Shown: one piece after another, positions 59,881 to 64,000 of the stretch
How positions within the stretch are numbered: position 1 is the stretch's first letter
Layout: each line of letters starts with the position of its first letter
Origin: Podarcis cretensis
Taxonomy: Eukaryota
Direction of reading: 5' to 3'
Length of the DNA: 64,000 nucleotides
Assembly: GCA_951804945.1 (NCBI GenBank)
Contig: OX638149.1
Span: 52,762,001-52,826,000, forward strand
Program-made: the position numbers and the translations under genes
The notes under the pieces: model-generated
Told to the model about the DNA's origin: nothing
What the model saw: the letters and a program-made list of their open reading frames with translations, nothing else
The model's database searches: none

Positions 59881-60843
59881 ACTTTTGAGGAAAGATGGCT
59901 AGGAGTGAACTTTTTCTTTTTTAATAAAGAAAGACGAAACTCTTGTATCGCGGGTTTCCCACAAGCATCTAGTTAGCCACTATGAGAACCAGATGCTGGA
60001 ACTAAGCTGGACCACCTGGCTCTTCTGTTCTTACTATACACCAAGATCTATGGCCGTGCAAAGAGAGAGATGCATCGAGTGTGCCTGTTTGCTCGCAGGC
60101 GAGGTTGGAGAGGCTTCTCCAAAAATAATCAGGCAGCTCCGGTCACCTTTTTTCCGTCCTGCTTGAAAATAAAAGCGTTCGGGGGATTCATCAAAGCCCT
60201 ATCCACCTGAAAAGGTCTCGAAGAAACAGGAGCGGCTAAAGAAGGAAGCGCATTCTTCTTATCTAGAAGCCTCCGGCCGGGAGACTCGGAGGCAAGGCGC
60301 GCGGGTGCCGAGGACCTGGAAGGAGCCCGGGCGACGAGCCTGCAGGAATGCCAACTATGCGGAGGCTGCCTGTACCTGCAGCTGCTCCCTTGCTGGTGGC
60401 CCCCCCGGCCCGCACGGGGAGGAAGAGAGAGAGAGAGAGAGATTCTCCTCCAGCATCCGCCAAGAAACGAGCAGCGCTCGAGAAAAACCATACCTGGGGC
60501 GGAGAGTGAAACCAGCTTCACCGCCTCCCTTCACGCCCCGGTACAAGCAAGTGCAGACCCGCCTGCTCAGAGCACTCCCTGAATGCACTCGCGGGCCGTC
60601 TGGGCCTTAGTACCAGCGAGACGCAGAGATGTCTGCCCCCAGGCTACCAATTATTCCCATTACAAAACTGCAACGACAAGGAAGCTCTTGGGGAGTTTTT
60701 CCAGCTAGTTTGCAGACCCACCTTTAAGGGGGAGGTGGGATGTTCATTGTACAAAGAAACTAATAACTTCTTTCCAGCTGTCACATTCCTAACAAACATG
60801 CATAGAAGAAGGGTACAGGTCTGGCCCTAGCCTAGGGTGTGAA

Positions 60844-60987
60844 CAGTGGCGTAGCGTGGGTTGTCAGCACCCGGGGCAAGGCAAGTAATTTGCACCCCCT
60901 AACCCGTGGATTTGCGCCCCCTAACCCCCAGATGTTGCGCCCGGTGCGGCCGCCCCCCCCCCCTGCACCCCCCACGCTACGCCACTG
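60844..60987. mobile_element. hAT-type MITE
   Basis: Perfect 17-bp TIR CAGTGGCGTAGCGTGGG and perfect 8-bp TSD GGTGTGAA (60836-60843, 60988-60995). Confidence 0.9.
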
Positions 60988-61266
60988 GGTGTGAACAATC
61001 AGAGGAGAGCAGAGGGAAGATATTACAAGCGGTGAAATGTATCTTCTAGTCAAACAGTTTTTGTATGTTGTGGGTAGAGGCAGGGAGAAGAAGATGGACA
61101 AAGTTTCTTTTGTGGAATGCATGACTTCCACAGGACAGGCCATTTCTGAGTTTCCCCTCTCCAAGAAATGCAGCAAGAGCGAGAGGGTGGAGAATGCTTT
61201 AGGGAAAGGTCATTAAGTGTGCAGCTCTGCTGGAGCCACACATTAGAGATCCGAAGACACCCATAA

Positions 61267-61277
61267 GCGTGTGTGCG

Positions 61278-61311
<34 letters not shown>
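61267..61311. repeat. compound (GT)n(GC)n(AC)n alternating purine-pyrimidine tract
   Basis: Read directly from the sequence. Confidence 0.9.
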
Positions 61312-62118
61312 GGCATAGTAATATGATGGTTTACATATGCATCCATAGGCACATAATTTAGTGCAGTAGCTGCAGAATCATGAATATGACTGACAGACGA
61401 AAACCCCTTGGCCAACTTTTTTAGGACACAGAAATGTGCTCTCCCATGTATACTTGCAAAGTGAAGCAAAGCAGCACATATGCATGCGCACACAGAGCTT
61501 TTGCACATTAACAAGTACTTTTGCTCCTATCCATTACCACCACGTTTTGGAATGTTGCTGTCTATGTCAGGGCCTGTGCTAAGTTAACTCAAAGGCAGAA
61601 ACAACCCTTAGGAAATGTAAGACAAGACCGTTCTGTGACGGGTTAGATTTTTTACTTCCCCTATGATCCTCTCTTCTGCCAGACAAAATAGTAGGCTGGC
61701 ATAAATCACACAAGGAAGAGGGAAATCAAGGGACCAGAGGTCTCCCAACTCACCTTCAGTTCTAAGGAATCCTTTTGTCCCAAGAGAAAATCCTTCTCAA
61801 ACCTCACCATATTAATTGGCTCCTTTTCTTATTCCTGGCTGGAATCTATCCTTCCTCAGCAGCTTCTTGCTTGCACTGGGCAAACATTGGCAGCAACAGG
61901 ATGAGGAGCTTCCCAATAATGGCATTCTTTGTTACCAACATACTATTAGAAGGATGTAGATGAAACTGTTCACAGCATGTGACTGTTTTTGCTGCCCTAC
62001 AGCCAACAGCCCCTCACTTCACTTCATGGGCTCTTTATAGCATGCAGCCACAAAAGGCAGGTAGCCTTAAAAAACCCCTCAAATCTCTATTTGTTATTGC
62101 TATTATGCTACTTAGGTG

Positions 62119-62153
62119 GTGTGTGTGTGTGTGTGTGTGTGTACACACACACA
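62119..62153. repeat. (GT)n(AC)n inverted microsatellite
   Basis: Read directly from the sequence. Confidence 0.9.
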
Positions 62154-62499
62154 GAGAAACACACACCCCACAAATCAGTTTTGGAACATTTTTTTTTCCA
62201 TATTCTGGAAATGTTTTGTTCATCCACACCAAATTACAGAGCCAGACATGTCTTGGGAGGCTGCCTTTTGCTCTTCCCTATTCAATACTATACAACGTGA
62301 ATGCTTATTGGAAAACTGAGGCATTGAAATCATGCAGTAGCACAACACCATCCAGAAAACCTTCCCTATAAACTAACAGGATCAGGGCACATATCTCACG
62401 CCTAAATTCACACCACTGCAAGTACCAAAAATTGAAGTATTCCATCAATTGGGGGAGGGCCAGAATTTGCTTTTACAGGTCAAGTCTATTGCGCTAAGG

Positions 62500-62938
62500 C
62501 TAAGAATACAAGATGAGCCCGGCTGGATGAGAGCAAAGGCCCATCTAGTCCAGCATTCTGTTGTCATAGTGGTCAACCAATGCCTGTGGGACTGCTCCGG
62601 TGGGAAGGTAAATGGTGTTTCCATGCGCTGCTCTGGTTTGCCAGAAGCAGCTTATTCATGCTGGCCACATGACCCGGAAGCTGTACGCCGGCTCCCTCGG
62701 CCAATAAAGCAAGATGAGCGACGCAACCCCAGAGTCGTCCGCGACTGGACCTAATGGTCAGGGGTCCCTTTACCTTTTTAATGCCTGTGGGAAGCTTGCA
62801 AGCAGGACATGAGAGTAATACTCCTCTCCCGCTCATGTTCCCCAACAACTGGTAACCAGAGACATACTGCCTCTGACATTGGAGCTGATATATAGTCATT
62901 ATGCCTGGTAACTATCGATAGCCTTATTCTCCATAAAT
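62500..62938 (-). mobile_element. CR1-type LINE 3' end fragment (interrupted by a SINE)
   Basis: taagaatacaaga...ggcccatctagtccagcattctgt pattern typical of the reverse complement of squamate CR1 3' ends. Confidence 0.6.
62592..62779 (+). mobile_element. 5'-truncated Sauria SINE of a second subfamily, nested in a CR1 fragment
   Basis: Shares the GGGAAGGTAAA..GCTGGCCAC..ACCCGGAAG..AACCCCAGAGTC blocks with diagnostic differences; 13-bp TSD AATGCCTGTGGGA at 62579-62591 and 62780-62792. Confidence 0.88.
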
Positions 62939-64000
62939 AGCAGAGTAGTTAAAAGCAACACATTTTGACTAATTTTGACTCCTATATTTTTTGTAAGCTT
63001 AAAATAGCAGGATGACTGCTACCGACATCTACAGGTGCCAGCTTCTCAACTAGAAGCAGTAGGTGGAGGCAGGCAGCCTACCAGTTCCCTTCACCTTCAT
63101 CCCTCCAAGGCAAGAGAAGAAGGTTGGCCAAGTGAGTAACTAGTGGAAAAAACAGGGGGAGGGAGGCACAGCAGCTGCTTTCTCTTTTAGAGCATCCCTT
63201 AAAAAGACAGGCATAATTTCTGCTTTGAGCACCAAGCAACCTTAGCTTCTTAGACATATTTGCAGGGCACATGGAGTGCTTAGTCTACAGTCATGACATC
63301 TAGAAACCACTTATTTTAAATAATCACATGTGAACCACACTGGGTCTAAATAAATGTTGTCTAAGGAAAGGCAATGTAGACTTTAGCTTTTCAACAGGAT
63401 GCTCCCATTTTTCTATACCTAGCCTTGCCCCCAACTCTGCTAAAGGTCTATCATTTCCCTTCCCACATTCATCTTGGGACATCATGGTTGGCTGGGTTCC
63501 CATGCCATTTTATCTTGTGCTGCCTGGAGAGGATTGGAGTTCCTCCCATTAATTTGCAGTGCTGTAATGGGATACGTTCCACAAGGGCAGTTCCTTCTAC
63601 TTCCGTACTCTTAGAGAATGAAAAGAACAATCAGTACTGAGATTTTGCAAGTCTGCTTGGAACTTGCACCCCTGTCTCTAAAACGCTTTCAGTCATGTAG
63701 ACCTCCTCAATAAATGACTCCTCCTACATTCAGCTTCTGTGCTTTACTCACACCATAATCATTCTTCCTGCATTTGGGTGGGGAGGGGGGCAGGGGGAGA
63801 GCACTTAGAATATGCATGCTCATGACCTCAAATAGCTCAGAATATGCAGAGGCTAACTTTGTGCCTTGCAATTACGCAGCACACCAACAACATTCCAAAA
63901 CGCCACTCCGGGTGGAAATTATGCACACATTTAGTGCTGTGGTTTGAAGGGCACAAACAATGGTTCGTAACAACCAGAACTGGTGACTGCTCCCGAAAAT

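Larger units (their letters stand above)
58300..60630. promoter_or_regulatory. CpG island / probable LARGE2 promoter and non-coding 5' exons
   Basis: Abrupt rise in GC and CpG content with GC boxes. Minus-strand splice donors at 60494 (CAG|gtatgg), 59198 (AAG|gtaagg) and 58862 (CAG|gtaagg). Confidence 0.8.

Noticed and set aside
63078-63272. ORF containing KLRLLG, reminiscent of the human PEX16 N-terminus (PEX16 neighbours LARGE2 in mammals)
   Set aside because: Similarity is limited to 6 residues, it is on the opposite strand from the expected head-to-head arrangement, and there is no CpG island or supporting exon structure.

Overview
Vertebrate genomic DNA, almost certainly a squamate and probably a lacertid lizard, judging from the young Sauria/Squam1-type SINEs. 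It holds two convergent multi-exon genes. (1) PHF21A (BHC80, the PHD-finger H3K4me0 reader of the LSD1/CoREST complex) on the + strand. The window contains the 3' part: 13 coding exons from 863 to the stop at 28459, a 23-nt alternative microexon (ANEEHWPK) 52 nt upstream of the AT-hook exon, and a ~6 kb 3' UTR with two assembly gaps. (2) LARGE2 (GYLTL1B; bifunctional xylosyl/glucuronyltransferase) on the - strand, with a complete 14-exon CDS from 49545 to 38112 (740 aa), two GC-AG introns, and probable non-coding 5' exons in a CpG island at ~58.3-60.6 kb. Introns carry five Sauria SINEs, CR1 and BovB-type LINE ends, Tc1/mariner- and hAT-type MITEs and microsatellites. The most notable observations are: a Penelope-like fragment with an intact minimal hammerhead ribozyme just upstream of a PHF21A splice acceptor; the sterically enforced mutually exclusive PHF21A microexon; a candidate additional in-frame 33-nt PHF21A cassette exon; and interleaved opposite-strand poly(A) signals between the two genes. 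Exon boundaries were read by eye and checked for frame continuity. Gene and repeat identities come from recall of known sequences; no database search was run.
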